Positions 1 to 10,310 of a DNA stretch of 49,849 nt are shown here, piece after piece (position 1 is the first letter of the stretch; the number at the start of each line of letters is the position of its first letter). Made by a program: the position numbers and the translations under genes. The notes beneath the pieces were generated by a model. It saw nothing but the letters and a program-made list of their open reading frames with translations. It was not told the origin of the DNA and did not search any database. Source of the stretch: Bacilli bacterium (GTDB lineage Bacteria; Bacillota_I; Bacilli_A; RF39; UBA660); assembly GCA_016283075.1 (NCBI GenBank), contig JAEEMF010000001.1, positions 1 through 49,849 of the forward strand. Direction: 5' to 3'.

Positions 1-53
1 ATATGTTTAATATCTTCAAATACTTTTTCTGTATATTCTTTTATTTCATTCAT
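1..53 (-). CDS. 5' end of a DinD/Bro-N-like DNA damage-inducible protein (runs off the window start)
   Basis: Not in the ORF track. ATG at 53 preceded by AAAGGA; reads MNEIKEYTEKVFEDIKHI..., resembling the FEDIKH N-terminus of Firmicute DinD-family proteins. Only 17 codons are visible. Confidence 0.55.
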   Translation of the reverse strand, partial: MNEIKEYTEKVFEDIKH

Positions 54-69
54 TTTATCTTTTTCCTTT

Positions 70-2037
70 CTACGGACTACAAGTCTCTATTTTCAATTTA
101 TTATTTTTAATTTTAAACATAATACTGCCATCTTGATCTGTTCTATATATTTTTGATACTTTTAGATTATTTAAGACTTCTTTATTTGGATGACCATATC
201 TATTATTCTTTCCAACACTAATAATGGAATATTTAGGATTCAATTTATTTATAAATTCTTTACTACTACTTGTTTTAGAACCGTGATGTCCTATTTTAAG
301 TACATCTATATTTGGTAAATTATAATTACTTAGTATATCCTTTTCTTTTTCTACTCCGGCATCTCCCATAAACATAAATTTATATCCATTTATATTTGTA
401 TATATGACATTACTATTTTCATTTTCATCATTATACATTTTTGTATAAAAAAAGCTTAATATATCATTATCTATATTTAAATCTTTAATACATGAGTAAT
501 ATAGTATTTTTTTCTCATCTAATTTTTCTATTAAATTATTTTCTAATTCATTAACTTCTCCGCAATTAAATACTACTTTATTTACTTTATAGTTATTTAT
601 TAAATCGGTAGCTTCTCCCATATGATCAAAATCTCCGTGACTAAGTATTATTGTTACATCTTTAATTCCTTTTGATTTTAATACTGGTATTAACACTTTA
701 TTTCCTATGTCGTAGGAAGTACTACCTCCAGTATCAATTAATATATTCCCTTTATTATAAGGATATTCTATTAATATAGAATCTCCCTGCCCTACATCTA
801 TAAAAGTTACTTTATAACTACTATCTAAGAATTTAATATTACTTAAAATATAAATATAGATTATTAGTATAAATAGTTTCTTTATATTAAATCCTTTATA
901 TAAATAGAAAAATAATATGTAATATATACTTATGTAAATGATATTTAAATGAGGTATTATTACATTTATAGAGTATTTATTACAAAATATTGATATAGTT
1001 TCAAATATCTTTACTACTATAAGTAGATATCTATTTAAATAAGGAATAATAAAAGTGAGTAAAGATAAAGGAAATAATATAAAAGAAAGAAGCGGTATAA
1101 ATATAATATTTAGTAAAGGAGATAATATATTTATACTAAAGTTATTATTTATTGTTATAGGAAGACTTATTAAAAGGCAAAGTAAGCTAGTTTTAAATAG
1201 ACTTAATATATAGTTACTACTATTAATAGGAAATAATATTAATCCAATACTTATAGTAAAACTATATATAAATCCAGTATTATAAATATAAAATGGATTA
1301 ATAAATAGAAGTAAACACATTATAGATAAAATAATATCTATATTACTTATTCTCTTATTAAAGATACTTCTTATGATAAAAAATAGTGAACATCTTATTA
1401 CAGAAGGACTCATTCCAGTAAAAAAGATAAAGAATACTAAAAAGATAGATATGAGTATATTAGATACTATTTTTCTTTTAAATATCTTATTTAGCATTAA
1501 AGATAATACTACTATAAAGAATGTTATATGCATTCCAGATACACAGAATAAATGACTTATACCATTTAATTGATATGAGGAGTATATTTCATCATCTAAA
1601 TCATTTTTAGCTAAAATTAGGGTATTTAAATAATGATTATCTATCTTATTTAGTCTATTTATAACTATATTCTTTATTTTATAGAAAATATTAGTATTAT
1701 TCTTAATCTTAATACTATCTAAAGTAAATGTATTATATATTTTCTTACTTAATAGATAGTTTCTATAGTTAAACATATTAAAGTTAGTATTCTTACTAGG
1801 AAGATTACTTTTCCCTTTTACTATAACGTAATCTCCTAAAGAAATATTACTTTTAAAGTTATAATCATTTACTAGAGTATTATTTATAACAAATGATACT
1901 TTATTTTCATAATAAGTAATATCTTTAATAGTACCTTCAATACTTGTAAATTCTTTATATGGATACTTATATAAATTTATAAATAATAGTACATATATAA
2001 AAGTACTACAAAGTAATATAATCCTTAATCTTTTCAA
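70..2037 (-). CDS. comEC: DNA internalization competence protein ComEC/Rec2
   Basis: Competence domain (HLFCVSGMH, SPSVIR) with multiple TM segments, plus a C-terminal metallo-beta-lactamase domain (DVGQGDS, SHGDFDHMG, KIGHHGS, YGHP, RTDQDG). Overlaps comEA. Confidence 0.95.
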   Translation of the reverse strand: MKRLRIILLCSTFIYVLLFINLYKYPYKEFTSIEGTIKDITYYENKVSFVINNTLVNDYNFKSNISLGDYVIVKGKSNLPSKNTNFNMFNYRNYLLSKKIYNTFTLDSIKIKNNTNIFYKIKNIVINRLNKIDNHYLNTLILAKNDLDDEIYSSYQLNGISHLFCVSGMHITFFIVVLSLMLNKIFKRKIVSNILISIFLVFFIFFTGMSPSVIRCSLFFIIRSIFNKRISNIDIILSIMCLLLFINPFYIYNTGFIYSFTISIGLILFPINSSNYILSLFKTSLLCLLISLPITINNNFSINILSPLLNIIFIPLLSFILFPLSLLTFIIPYLNRYLLIVVKIFETISIFCNKYSINVIIPHLNIIYISIYYILFFYLYKGFNIKKLFILIIYIYILSNIKFLDSSYKVTFIDVGQGDSILIEYPYNKGNILIDTGGSTSYDIGNKVLIPVLKSKGIKDVTIILSHGDFDHMGEATDLINNYKVNKVVFNCGEVNELENNLIEKLDEKKILYYSCIKDLNIDNDILSFFYTKMYNDENENSNVIYTNINGYKFMFMGDAGVEKEKDILSNYNLPNIDVLKIGHHGSKTSSSKEFINKLNPKYSIISVGKNNRYGHPNKEVLNNLKVSKIYRTDQDGSIMFKIKNNKLKIETCSP

Positions 2038-2593
2038 ATATACTTTTTCCTATTCCTTTAACATTCATTATTTCTTCAATACTTTTAAATCCATTATTTT
2101 TATCGCGGTATTCTATTATTGCTTTAGCTTTAGATTCTCCGAGTCCCTTAATAGCTTTCAATTCATCAAGTGTAGCACTATTTATTGATACTTTAGTACT
2201 TTTTATAAAGTTTATTGTATCTATATTAGAAATATAGCTAGTAATTATAGATGAATTCTTTACTATAGGACAAATACATTCTTTATCAATATATTTAACA
2301 CTTGTATGAGTCTTATACATTTCTTCTACTTCTTTATCACTATAGATTATTATTACATCTTCATCTTTTAGTTTTCTTGCTAAATTAGTTACACTTATAT
2401 CAGATCCTTCTATTAAACCTCCACTTATATTAATAGCATCATTTGTAGTACTTCCTAGTTTTATAGTATATACTCCGGGATCTTTAACCATACCTTTTAC
2501 TTCTACAGTAATCATTTCTTCTTTAGTATAAGAAAGCGCTATAAGTACAATAATATTTACCACAATTAAAAAGACATTTATTATATTTTTCAT
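2006..2593 (-). CDS. comEA: Competence DNA receptor ComEA
   Basis: N-terminal TM anchor, SLBB domain (VEVKGMVKDPGVY) and C-terminal helix-hairpin-helix (INSATLDEL...IKGLGESKA...VKGIG); directly upstream of comEC. Confidence 0.95.
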   Translation of the reverse strand: MKNIINVFLIVVNIIVLIALSYTKEEMITVEVKGMVKDPGVYTIKLGSTTNDAINISGGLIEGSDISVTNLARKLKDEDVIIIYSDKEVEEMYKTHTSVKYIDKECICPIVKNSSIITSYISNIDTINFIKSTKVSINSATLDELKAIKGLGESKAKAIIEYRDKNNGFKSIEEIMNVKGIGKSIFEKIKDYITL

Positions 2594-2612
2594 ATCATCA
2601 CCTATTAATATG

Positions 2613-2638
2613 ATACGAGATTAAATGTCTATATCCTT
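2613..2638 (-). promoter_or_regulatory. Putative alternative-sigma (SigH-like) competence promoter of comEA
   Basis: Minus strand AAGGA-N15-TCGTAT ending about 20 nt before the ATG; the 12-mer TTAATCTCGTAT recurs exactly before radC. Confidence 0.6.
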
Positions 2639-2643
2639 TTTTT

Positions 2644-2676
2644 AAAAGAAAAAACTTATAAAAATTATAAGTTTTT
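2644..2676 (-). terminator. Intrinsic terminator of ftsW
   Basis: Inverted repeat AAAAACTTATAA/TTATAAGTTTTT with a U-tract on the minus strand. Confidence 0.6.
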
Positions 2677-3844
2677 AAGAATTTTGTCTATTTTCTATAT
2701 TAATTCTTTGTACTACTCCTAAAGCAGCTATAAAAGATATTGTAAATGATCCTCCATAACTAATAAGTGGAAGTGGTACTCCGGTATAAGGAAGAAGTCC
2801 TAGAAGTCCTCCAATATTAAATACTACATGAGCAAATAAGTAGCATGCTACTCCAAAGCAAATATATCTTCCTCTAAGGGTTTTAGATTGTTTTGCTACT
2901 TTAAGTATATTAAGTATTAAAATAAAATATAGTATTAATAAAGCAAGACCTATAATAAGTCCATCTTCTTCTACTATAATAGCGAAGATACTATCTGTAT
3001 ATGCTTCTGGTATATAAGAATATTTTTGCTTACTTTTACTAATTCCTACTCCTGTTAAACCACCATCATTCATAGCAATATAACAGTTACATATTTGATA
3101 ACCACTATTTTCATATTTAGAGCAAGGATTAAAGAACTCCGTTAAACGTTCTTTTTGCTCTTTAGTAAGAATATATCCTCTTGCTGCACCTAGTATAGGA
3201 AGAAGTACAATAGCTGTAGCCATAAGTATTAATATATGATTACGTTTATCTTTACTATCAAGTGGTCCTATTAAATATAATGAACCAGTTATAAATAGAA
3301 TAATACTAGCAGTACCAATATCTCCTGATAAAACAACTACTACTGGAATTAATGCTCCTAGAACTACCCATTTAAGTGTAAATTTCCAAGGATCCATTGT
3401 TCCTTTTTTAAATCTAAGTGATGCACTTTCAAAGAATACTGCTATTGCAAGTATTAGTATTGGTTTAGCAAATTCACTAGGCTGTATTGAAAAGTGTTTT
3501 GTTATTGGAATCCAGTTAGTTGCACCTCTTTTAGCAGAACCATAGATAAATAATCCTACTACCAAGCATGTTATAACGAGCCATAATCCTTTAGTTATAT
3601 ATTTATAAAGTTTAGTTGGAAATATCATAGCAACACTTCCAATTGCTACTCCTCCACCTATCATAATTATATGTCTAAAAAAGAAATTAAACATAGAATA
3701 GTGATATCTTGATACAGATTCATTGGCAGATGCACTAACAACACTTAATGTACCAAATATTATTAAAACAACTGTAATAAAAAAGATTGGTTTATTTATT
3801 TTACTAAAAAAGCCATTATTTTTACTAGTTCTACTTTCTGCCAT
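2675..3844 (-). CDS. ftsW: FtsW/RodA/SpoVE (SEDS) family peptidoglycan polymerase
   Basis: GATNWI, IQPSEFAK, GYQ, PEAYTDSIFAII-EE-G and TGVPLPLISYGGS motifs. Start moved to ATG 3844 after an AGGTGA RBS. FtsW versus RodA is not resolvable by eye. Confidence 0.85.
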   Translation of the reverse strand: MAESRTSKNNGFFSKINKPIFFITVVLIIFGTLSVVSASANESVSRYHYSMFNFFFRHIIMIGGGVAIGSVAMIFPTKLYKYITKGLWLVITCLVVGLFIYGSAKRGATNWIPITKHFSIQPSEFAKPILILAIAVFFESASLRFKKGTMDPWKFTLKWVVLGALIPVVVVLSGDIGTASIILFITGSLYLIGPLDSKDKRNHILILMATAIVLLPILGAARGYILTKEQKERLTEFFNPCSKYENSGYQICNCYIAMNDGGLTGVGISKSKQKYSYIPEAYTDSIFAIIVEEDGLIIGLALLILYFILILNILKVAKQSKTLRGRYICFGVACYLFAHVVFNIGGLLGLLPYTGVPLPLISYGGSFTISFIAALGVVQRINIENRQNS

Positions 3845-3968
3845 ACATATCACCTTTACTATATAAATATAATAACATATTTAATATATTTTTACTATTA
3901 ATAAATGCTTTACTTGTCACTTAGTAAACGTTTTTTTACCCTTAGCACTTATAAAAAAAGCAAAAATA

Positions 3969-3977
3969 TGGTATAAT
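3969..3977 (+). promoter_or_regulatory. Extended -10 promoter of the def operon
   Basis: TGGTATAAT 18 nt upstream of the def ATG. Confidence 0.55.
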
Positions 3978-3995
3978 GTATACCGGTGATGAAAC

Positions 3996-4544
3996 ATGTT
4001 TAAAAAAGTAGAAATTTTAGACGAAAAAGATCCACATTTAAGAAGAAAGAGTCTTCCATATGAAGAAGAAGTCTCTAAAGAAGAAAAGAAATTAGTGGAA
4101 CAAATAATAACTCATTTAACATATAGTCAAATTGAAGAATACGAAAAGAAATATGATTTAAGACCAGGAATGGGACTAGCTTTTCCTCAAGTTGGTATTA
4201 ATAAAAGACTTATCATAATAGTATATGAATATGATGAAGGAAAATTTGATAATTATGTAGTAGTTAACCCTAAAATTATTAGTCACTCTGAAGAAAAAAT
4301 TGCTGCTGAAGCTGGTGAAGGATGTTTATCTGTTAACCGAGAAGTAGAAGGACATGTTCCAAGATGGGCAAGAGTTACTATAACAGGACTTGATTTAGAC
4401 GGAAATGAAATAAGAATTAGAGCAAGAGAAGACTTATCAATTGCTTTCCAACATGAAATAGATCATTTAGATGGAATACTTTTCTATGATAGAATCGATC
4501 CAAAACATAGATTCTATACAGAAGATGAAATGAGGTTAATATAA
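3996..4544 (+). CDS. def: Peptide deformylase
   Basis: GMGLAFPQ, EGCLS and QHEIDHLDG motifs. Confidence 0.97.
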   Translation: MFKKVEILDEKDPHLRRKSLPYEEEVSKEEKKLVEQIITHLTYSQIEEYEKKYDLRPGMGLAFPQVGINKRLIIIVYEYDEGKFDNYVVVNPKIISHSEEKIAAEAGEGCLSVNREVEGHVPRWARVTITGLDLDGNEIRIRAREDLSIAFQHEIDHLDGILFYDRIDPKHRFYTEDEMRLI

Positions 4545-4547
4545 TAA

Positions 4548-6482
4548 ATGAGAACTAAGTATAAATTTATATTATTAATTATAGTTGCCTGTTTACTTTC
4601 TATAGCAATATTCTACTTATGTGAAAAACCAAATGAAGTCGAAAAAAGAGAATTACTTATTTCACATCAAAGTAAATTAGATATAGAGTATGCTATGAAA
4701 GAAGAATATACTTTTGATAATCCAAAAGTAGTATTAAATCCTTATGAAATATCCCCTCTTACAGCGCTTATTATATTTGAAACAAAAGATAGAACAAATG
4801 TAACTGTAACAATTAAAGGTAAGGATGATAAAACAACTATAACAAATGAATTTAAACCTACTAACGAACACTATTTACCTATATATGGTTTATATCCTGA
4901 TACAAATAATGAAGTAATTATCTCTATGAACGGAGAAAGTAAAACTATTTATATTAAAACTGATAAATTACCTGATGATTTTGTAAAACCAACTAATGTA
5001 TATGCTGATAGAAATGAACTTGGTACAGAAATGTACTTCTTTACTCCATCAAGTAATGGCTATGCTTCTGCATATGATATAAATGGAGATGTAAGATGGT
5101 ATTTAACTGAAACACTTACATGGGATATTCAAAGATTAAATAATGGTCACTTACTTTTAAGTACAAATAGACTTATGAATAATCCTTATTATATGACAGG
5201 TTTATACGAAATAGATTTATTAGGTAAAATATATTATGAATACTCTCTAGAAGGAGGATACCATCATGATGTATTTGAAATGCCTAATGGAAACTTACTT
5301 GTTGCAACAAATAACTTTAAATCAGATACAGTTGAAGATTATATAGTAGAAATAGATCGTACAACTGGTGATGTCGTAAAAGAAATAGATTTAACTGATA
5401 TACTTGATGTTAAGACTGGTAAAAATGAAGATTACTCTACTGATTATGATTGGTTCCATAATAACTCAGTATGGTATGATGAAAACACTAATTCAATTAC
5501 TTTATCTGGTAGACATGTTGATGCTATTGTAAATATTGACTACTCTACTAATAAAATAAACTGGATTATTGGTGATAGTACAAACTGGAGTGATGAATAT
5601 TTAAAATATTTCTTCAATCCACTTAAGAAAAACTTTACTTGGCAATATGCTCAGCACGCTGCAATGATGCTTCCAAACGGAAATATATTTGTATTTGATA
5701 ATGGTAATAATAGATCTAAAACAAAAGAAGGAAGTATAGATGCAAATAACAATTATAGCCGAGGAGTTATCTTTAAAATAAATACAAAGAATATGTCAAT
5801 TGATACAGTGTGGGAATATGGTAAAGAAAAAGGTTCAGCTTATTACTCTCCATATATCTCAGATGTAGATTATTTAAGTGAAAATCACTATTTAATTAAC
5901 TTTGGCGGACATAGTACTACAAAAGATGGTGTTAATAATAATCCAGCCGGTCTTACTGAAGTAACAAGTTTAAATAGTATTACTACTGAAATTAAAAATA
6001 ATAAAGAAATATTTAAAATAGAACTTCCTACTAATACTTATAGAGTAGAAAAATTATCTTTATATAGTAATGATTCATATTCAAATGAATTTGGTGAAAG
6101 ATTAGGAAGTCTAGGCAAAACTGAAACTTATAATAAAAGACCACTACTAATATTTACTAAAGATGCTGAAGATATTATTAAAAAATACAATATTAAAGTA
6201 GTAAAAGAAGAAGATAGATTAGTAGTAACAGGTACATACAAAAAAAGTGATAATGTAGATATTATCCTTGATAATGTATTTGATAAGAAAGATTATAAAG
6301 TAATAGTATCATATAAACCTTATACAGCACTATGTGTAGATTTAAATACAGGTAGTGATAAAGATAATACTTTAACAATTAATAGATATATTAATGATGA
6401 AGGTTTAAATGGTAAATATTACCTATTTATGAAAATTAATAATAAGATATATGATCTAAACTTATATGTAGATTATAGATAA
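4548..6482 (+). CDS. Membrane-anchored aryl-sulfate sulfotransferase (ASST family)
   Basis: N-terminal TM, NPYEISPLTA Ig-like domain, and HHDVFEMPNGNLL, DWFHNNSV, LSGRH, YAQHAA, FDNGN motifs typical of the arylsulfotransferase beta-propeller. Confidence 0.85.
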   Translation: MRTKYKFILLIIVACLLSIAIFYLCEKPNEVEKRELLISHQSKLDIEYAMKEEYTFDNPKVVLNPYEISPLTALIIFETKDRTNVTVTIKGKDDKTTITNEFKPTNEHYLPIYGLYPDTNNEVIISMNGESKTIYIKTDKLPDDFVKPTNVYADRNELGTEMYFFTPSSNGYASAYDINGDVRWYLTETLTWDIQRLNNGHLLLSTNRLMNNPYYMTGLYEIDLLGKIYYEYSLEGGYHHDVFEMPNGNLLVATNNFKSDTVEDYIVEIDRTTGDVVKEIDLTDILDVKTGKNEDYSTDYDWFHNNSVWYDENTNSITLSGRHVDAIVNIDYSTNKINWIIGDSTNWSDEYLKYFFNPLKKNFTWQYAQHAAMMLPNGNIFVFDNGNNRSKTKEGSIDANNNYSRGVIFKINTKNMSIDTVWEYGKEKGSAYYSPYISDVDYLSENHYLINFGGHSTTKDGVNNNPAGLTEVTSLNSITTEIKNNKEIFKIELPTNTYRVEKLSLYSNDSYSNEFGERLGSLGKTETYNKRPLLIFTKDAEDIIKKYNIKVVKEEDRLVVTGTYKKSDNVDIILDNVFDKKDYKVIVSYKPYTALCVDLNTGSDKDNTLTINRYINDEGLNGKYYLFMKINNKIYDLNLYVDYR

Positions 6483-6485
6483 CAA

Positions 6486-6518
6486 AAAAAGTAATCATTT
6501 AAATAATGATTACTTTTT
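6486..6518. terminator. Bidirectional intrinsic terminator between convergent genes
   Basis: Perfect inverted repeat AAAAAGTAATCATT-taaat-AATGATTACTTTTT. Confidence 0.85.
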
Positions 6519-6936
6519 ATTTGTTTATCATATTAAGTAAAGTAATTTTAAACATATCTTTTTCGCTATGTTCTTTTGATACCATTACACCTTTATATGT
6601 AACAAGTTCTGATTGATGACCTTCTGATAAGATATCTTCAGGTGTAAGTTTATCAAGCATTACTACTTTTTCATTTTCATATACTATGTAATGAAGAGTT
6701 ATATCTCCATGTACTTTAGAAAACATTATATCAGTTGGAAGTTTTAATTCATATGATTTACTTCCTTTAGAACTATTAGTTGAGACTAATTTACCTAAGA
6801 AGTTACCTTCTTTTAAAGCTGGATAATATTCAAAATATAACTTTTTGTATGCAAGCATATTATATTTTTTCAGTGAACGTTCTAGCTTTTTAAATTCGTT
6901 CTCATTGATATAATCGAATACGAAGTTTCCTTTCAT
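6517..6936 (-). CDS. Hypothetical protein, possibly RelE/ParE-like fold
   Basis: Own RBS (AAGGGGG) and consensus promoter. YELKL...ITLHYIVYENEKVVML resembles the RelE beta-sheet pattern; the function call is weak. Confidence 0.6.
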   Translation of the reverse strand: MKGNFVFDYINENEFKKLERSLKKYNMLAYKKLYFEYYPALKEGNFLGKLVSTNSSKGSKSYELKLPTDIMFSKVHGDITLHYIVYENEKVVMLDKLTPEDILSEGHQSELVTYKGVMVSKEHSEKDMFKITLLNMINK

Positions 6937-6968
6937 TTTTATACCCCCTTATACCCAATTTGTACCAT

Positions 6969-6997
6969 ATTATAACAAACAAGGTATAAATTGTCAA
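6969..6997 (-). promoter_or_regulatory. Consensus sigma-A promoter
   Basis: TTGACA-N17-TATAAT with TGn extension (TGTTATAAT). Confidence 0.8.
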
Positions 6998-7004
6998 GAA
7001 AAAG

Positions 7005-7280
7005 TTATTTATCTAAATTAATTTCTACTAAAGTACATCCTTGATTATAGTAATAAGTTTTATAAGCGATAACTTTCTTATTCTTTCTTAAAGTATCACT
7101 TGTAGTAGTTCTAAGAAGTCCTGAACCAATACCATGTACTATACAGAATAAATTATTCTTTTGTTTATAGTTATCATTTATAAAATCATTTATTAGTACT
7201 CTAGCTGTTTCACTATTTTCACCGTGAAGATCTATTTTCGGAAGATTATCAATGTAAATGACTTCGTCTATATGCATCAT
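7005..7280 (-). CDS. Stand-alone Smr domain protein
   Basis: IDLHG, IVHGIGSGLLR and C-terminal NQGCTLV; no MutS domain attached. Confidence 0.9.
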   Translation of the reverse strand: MMHIDEVIYIDNLPKIDLHGENSETARVLINDFINDNYKQKNNLFCIVHGIGSGLLRTTTSDTLRKNKKVIAYKTYYYNQGCTLVEINLDK

Positions 7281-7373
7281 ATTGAATCTCTCCTACTATA
7301 GATATTATATTATAAATACTATTATATTTCAATAAAAAAAACACTTTTTTATTTGTAAATATGTAAAAAATAC

Positions 7374-8684
7374 TTAAGAATTTTTACTTCTTAAGTATTC
7401 TTTATATTCGTTCATAATTCCTATTTGTTTAGGGCTTAAAAATAATACTACAGCATTTTCTAGTTTCTTTAAATCATCCCAGTTATCATCATGAAGCATT
7501 TTACCATTTTCAAGTTCTTTTACTAAGTTTTCAGATTTTACATCTGGGAAATCTTCTTGCTTTTCTCTAGCTGGGAATATATCTAATAAATATGATTTAT
7601 CAGCAAGAGATAAAGACTTAACCATTTCATCTTTAAAATCTCTTGTTCTTGTAAATGTATGTGGTTTAAATACTACGGCAACTTCTTTATCAGGATATTT
7701 TTGTCTTGCTGCTTTAATAACAGTTTTGATTTCAGTTGGATGATGTGCATAGTCATCAACTACAACTATATCACCTATTACTTCTTCATCAAATCTTCTT
7801 TCTGCTCCTTCAAAAGTCTTTAAGTATTTAAGTACTTCTTTAGCATCCATTCTTTCGTAATAACAGATACTAATTACGGCAAGTGAATTTAGTAGCATAT
7901 GTTTACCAAAGAAAGGTAAATCAAAGTGCCCATAGTAATTATCTTCAACAAATACATCAAATGTTACTCCTGAAGAAGAAAATTCTACATTTTTAGCTAC
8001 GATATCGTTATCTTCAGCAGTACCATAATAGAATATTGGTTTATTTAGTTCTAAGAATCTTGTATATGGATCATCACCGCAAGCTATAACCATTTTTTCA
8101 GCATTGTTTCCATATTCAGTATACGCATCTATTACATCATTAATATCTTTATAATAATCAGTATGATCTAGTTCAATATTTGTAATAATTGCATATGTTG
8201 GTTCATATACTAAGAAATGTCTATAATATTCACATGCTTCTATAACGAATTTTTTATTTTCTTTATTAGCATATCCAGAACCATCACCTATTAAATAGTT
8301 ACATCCTCCCATATTTGTAAGAACATGAGCCATTAATGCTGATGTAGTAGTTTTACCGTGACATCCTGCTACACTTATTAATTCAAACATATTTGCTACT
8401 TTACCAAGCATTTCGTGATAATTATATACTTTTAATCCTAATTCATTTGCTTTTACTATTACTGGATGTTCATCTTTTACAGCAGTACTTCTTACAATAA
8501 TAGTATTTTCATCTAAATTAGGTACTTTATTATCAATAGTTATATTTCTTTCTGTAAGTTTATCTTCAGTAAATACATGATTTACTTCGTCATCATAACC
8601 TTTTACTTCATAACCTAAGTCATTTAAAATAAGTGCTAGTGCACTCATACCAGTTCCTTTTATTCCTACAAAATAATATTTCAT
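7374..8684 (-). CDS. murC: UDP-N-acetylmuramate--L-alanine ligase
   Basis: YFVGIKGTGMSALA, AGCHGKTTT, EACEY, NIELDH, RRF and DDYAHHPTEI motifs. Confidence 0.96.
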   Translation of the reverse strand: MKYYFVGIKGTGMSALALILNDLGYEVKGYDDEVNHVFTEDKLTERNITIDNKVPNLDENTIIVRSTAVKDEHPVIVKANELGLKVYNYHEMLGKVANMFELISVAGCHGKTTTSALMAHVLTNMGGCNYLIGDGSGYANKENKKFVIEACEYYRHFLVYEPTYAIITNIELDHTDYYKDINDVIDAYTEYGNNAEKMVIACGDDPYTRFLELNKPIFYYGTAEDNDIVAKNVEFSSSGVTFDVFVEDNYYGHFDLPFFGKHMLLNSLAVISICYYERMDAKEVLKYLKTFEGAERRFDEEVIGDIVVVDDYAHHPTEIKTVIKAARQKYPDKEVAVVFKPHTFTRTRDFKDEMVKSLSLADKSYLLDIFPAREKQEDFPDVKSENLVKELENGKMLHDDNWDDLKKLENAVVLFLSPKQIGIMNEYKEYLRSKNS

Positions 8685-8769
8685 GGAGATCCTTCTTTCT
8701 TATTTATGCTTTTATATCTATTAAAATTATACCAAATAAAGTATGTATTTACAATAAAAAAGAGTATTG

Positions 8770-8973
8770 TTATTTATTAATACAATACCCTTTTCCAATT
8801 CTTTCTCCTTCAATATAAACTCCTTTAACTAGTTTACAAGAAGATTTAGTTATAGCATCTTTAACCTTACCTCCAAATAGTAAATATGAAGTAATTATAA
8901 AGAAAAGTATAACTATAAATAGAATACTAAATTCAAATACAGCTTTTTTACTTACAACTATTTCTTTTTTCAT
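8770..8973 (-). CDS. Small single-TM hypothetical protein
   Basis: ATG 8973 with AAGGA RBS just after the obgE stop; one hydrophobic segment and two Cys. Confidence 0.6.
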   Translation of the reverse strand: MKKEIVVSKKAVFEFSILFIVILFFIITSYLLFGGKVKDAITKSSCKLVKGVYIEGERIGKGYCINK

Positions 8974-8974
8974 A

Positions 8975-10252
8975 TTATTCCTTATATTCAAATTCTAAAT
9001 CTAGTATTCTTACAGTATCTCCTTCTTCAGCACCTAGTTCTCTAAGTTTATCATCGATACCCATTTTACGAAGTTTATTAGCAAATCTTTCAGCTGCTTC
9101 ATCAGTTCTAAAGCTTGTCATACGAAGTAGTTTTTCTACCTCTTCTCCTCTAACTACCCAAAGATTAGTTCCTTCATGAGATATTTGAAATGGTTTTTCT
9201 CTTTCAAATTTATAAAGTACATGACTTTCTATATTTTCTTCATCATAAAGTGGTTCTCTTTTTATAGTATCAAGCATATCTGCAAGTTTAATAAGTACTT
9301 TATCCATACCTTCTTTTTTAAGTGCCGATATTGGGAAGATTTCTTTATCTTTAACCTTTTCTTTAAATTTTTTAAGGTTTTCTTCAGCACCTTCCATATC
9401 CATCTTATTAGCGATGATAATCATTGGTTTTTTCATCATATTTTTATTAAAGTCTTCAAGTTCCTTATTAATAATTACATAATCTTCATAAGGGTCTCTT
9501 CCTTCGAAACCGCTCATATCTATAACGTGAGCAAGTACTCTTGTTCTTTCAATATGTTTTAAGAATTTATCACCAAGACCTTCTCCTAAAGAAGCTCCCT
9601 CTATTAAACCAGGCATATCTGCTACTACAAATGATCTATTATCAATAGTTTTTACTACTCCTAAATTAGGACTAAGTGTAGTAAAGTGATATGCAGCTAT
9701 TTTAGGTTTAGCAGCACTAATTTGTGATATTAAAGTAGATTTACCAACAGATGGCATACCAACAAGACCTACATCAGCAAGTAGTTTAAGTTCTACTTTA
9801 ACTTTTCTATATTCACCAGGTTCTCCATTTTCAGCAAAAGAAGGACATAAGTTGTTACGAGTAGCAAAAGCCATATTACCTCTACCACCACGTCCACCAT
9901 ATGCAGCTATTACTTCATCATCTTTTTTAGTTAAATCAGCAATAACAAGGCCTGATTCATAATCAGTAATAACAGTTCCAGCAGGTACTTTAACAATTAC
10001 ATCTTCTGCACTTGCTCCTTGTTTACCTTTACCTTCTCCGTTAGCACCTTTATTTCCTTTAATAACCCTTCTATAACGTAAATCTAGTAAAGTATTTAAT
10101 CCTTCATCTACTTTAAAGATGATACTACCACCTTTACCACCATTTCCGCCCCAAGGGCCTCCCATTTCTACAAACTTTTCACGGCGATATGCTAAACATC
10201 CATTACCGCCATCACCAGCCATAAGTTCAAGTGTTACCTCATCGACAAACAT
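8975..10252 (-). CDS. obgE: GTPase ObgE
   Basis: MFVDEV start, Gly-rich Obg domain, GMPSVGKST, YHFTTL, DMPG, NKMD and the C-terminal OCT domain. Confidence 0.97.
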   Translation of the reverse strand: MFVDEVTLELMAGDGGNGCLAYRREKFVEMGGPWGGNGGKGGSIIFKVDEGLNTLLDLRYRRVIKGNKGANGEGKGKQGASAEDVIVKVPAGTVITDYESGLVIADLTKKDDEVIAAYGGRGGRGNMAFATRNNLCPSFAENGEPGEYRKVKVELKLLADVGLVGMPSVGKSTLISQISAAKPKIAAYHFTTLSPNLGVVKTIDNRSFVVADMPGLIEGASLGEGLGDKFLKHIERTRVLAHVIDMSGFEGRDPYEDYVIINKELEDFNKNMMKKPMIIIANKMDMEGAEENLKKFKEKVKDKEIFPISALKKEGMDKVLIKLADMLDTIKREPLYDEENIESHVLYKFEREKPFQISHEGTNLWVVRGEEVEKLLRMTSFRTDEAAERFANKLRKMGIDDKLRELGAEEGDTVRILDLEFEYKE

Positions 10253-10310
10253 CTTTACCCCTCGCTTTCCTATCAAAATTATACACTACTAGTTATTATT
10301 TAACAAGAAA

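Noticed and set aside
3942-3968. CIRCE element suggested by TTAGCACT
   Set aside because: No GAGTGCTAA second arm, and the flanking genes are not chaperones.
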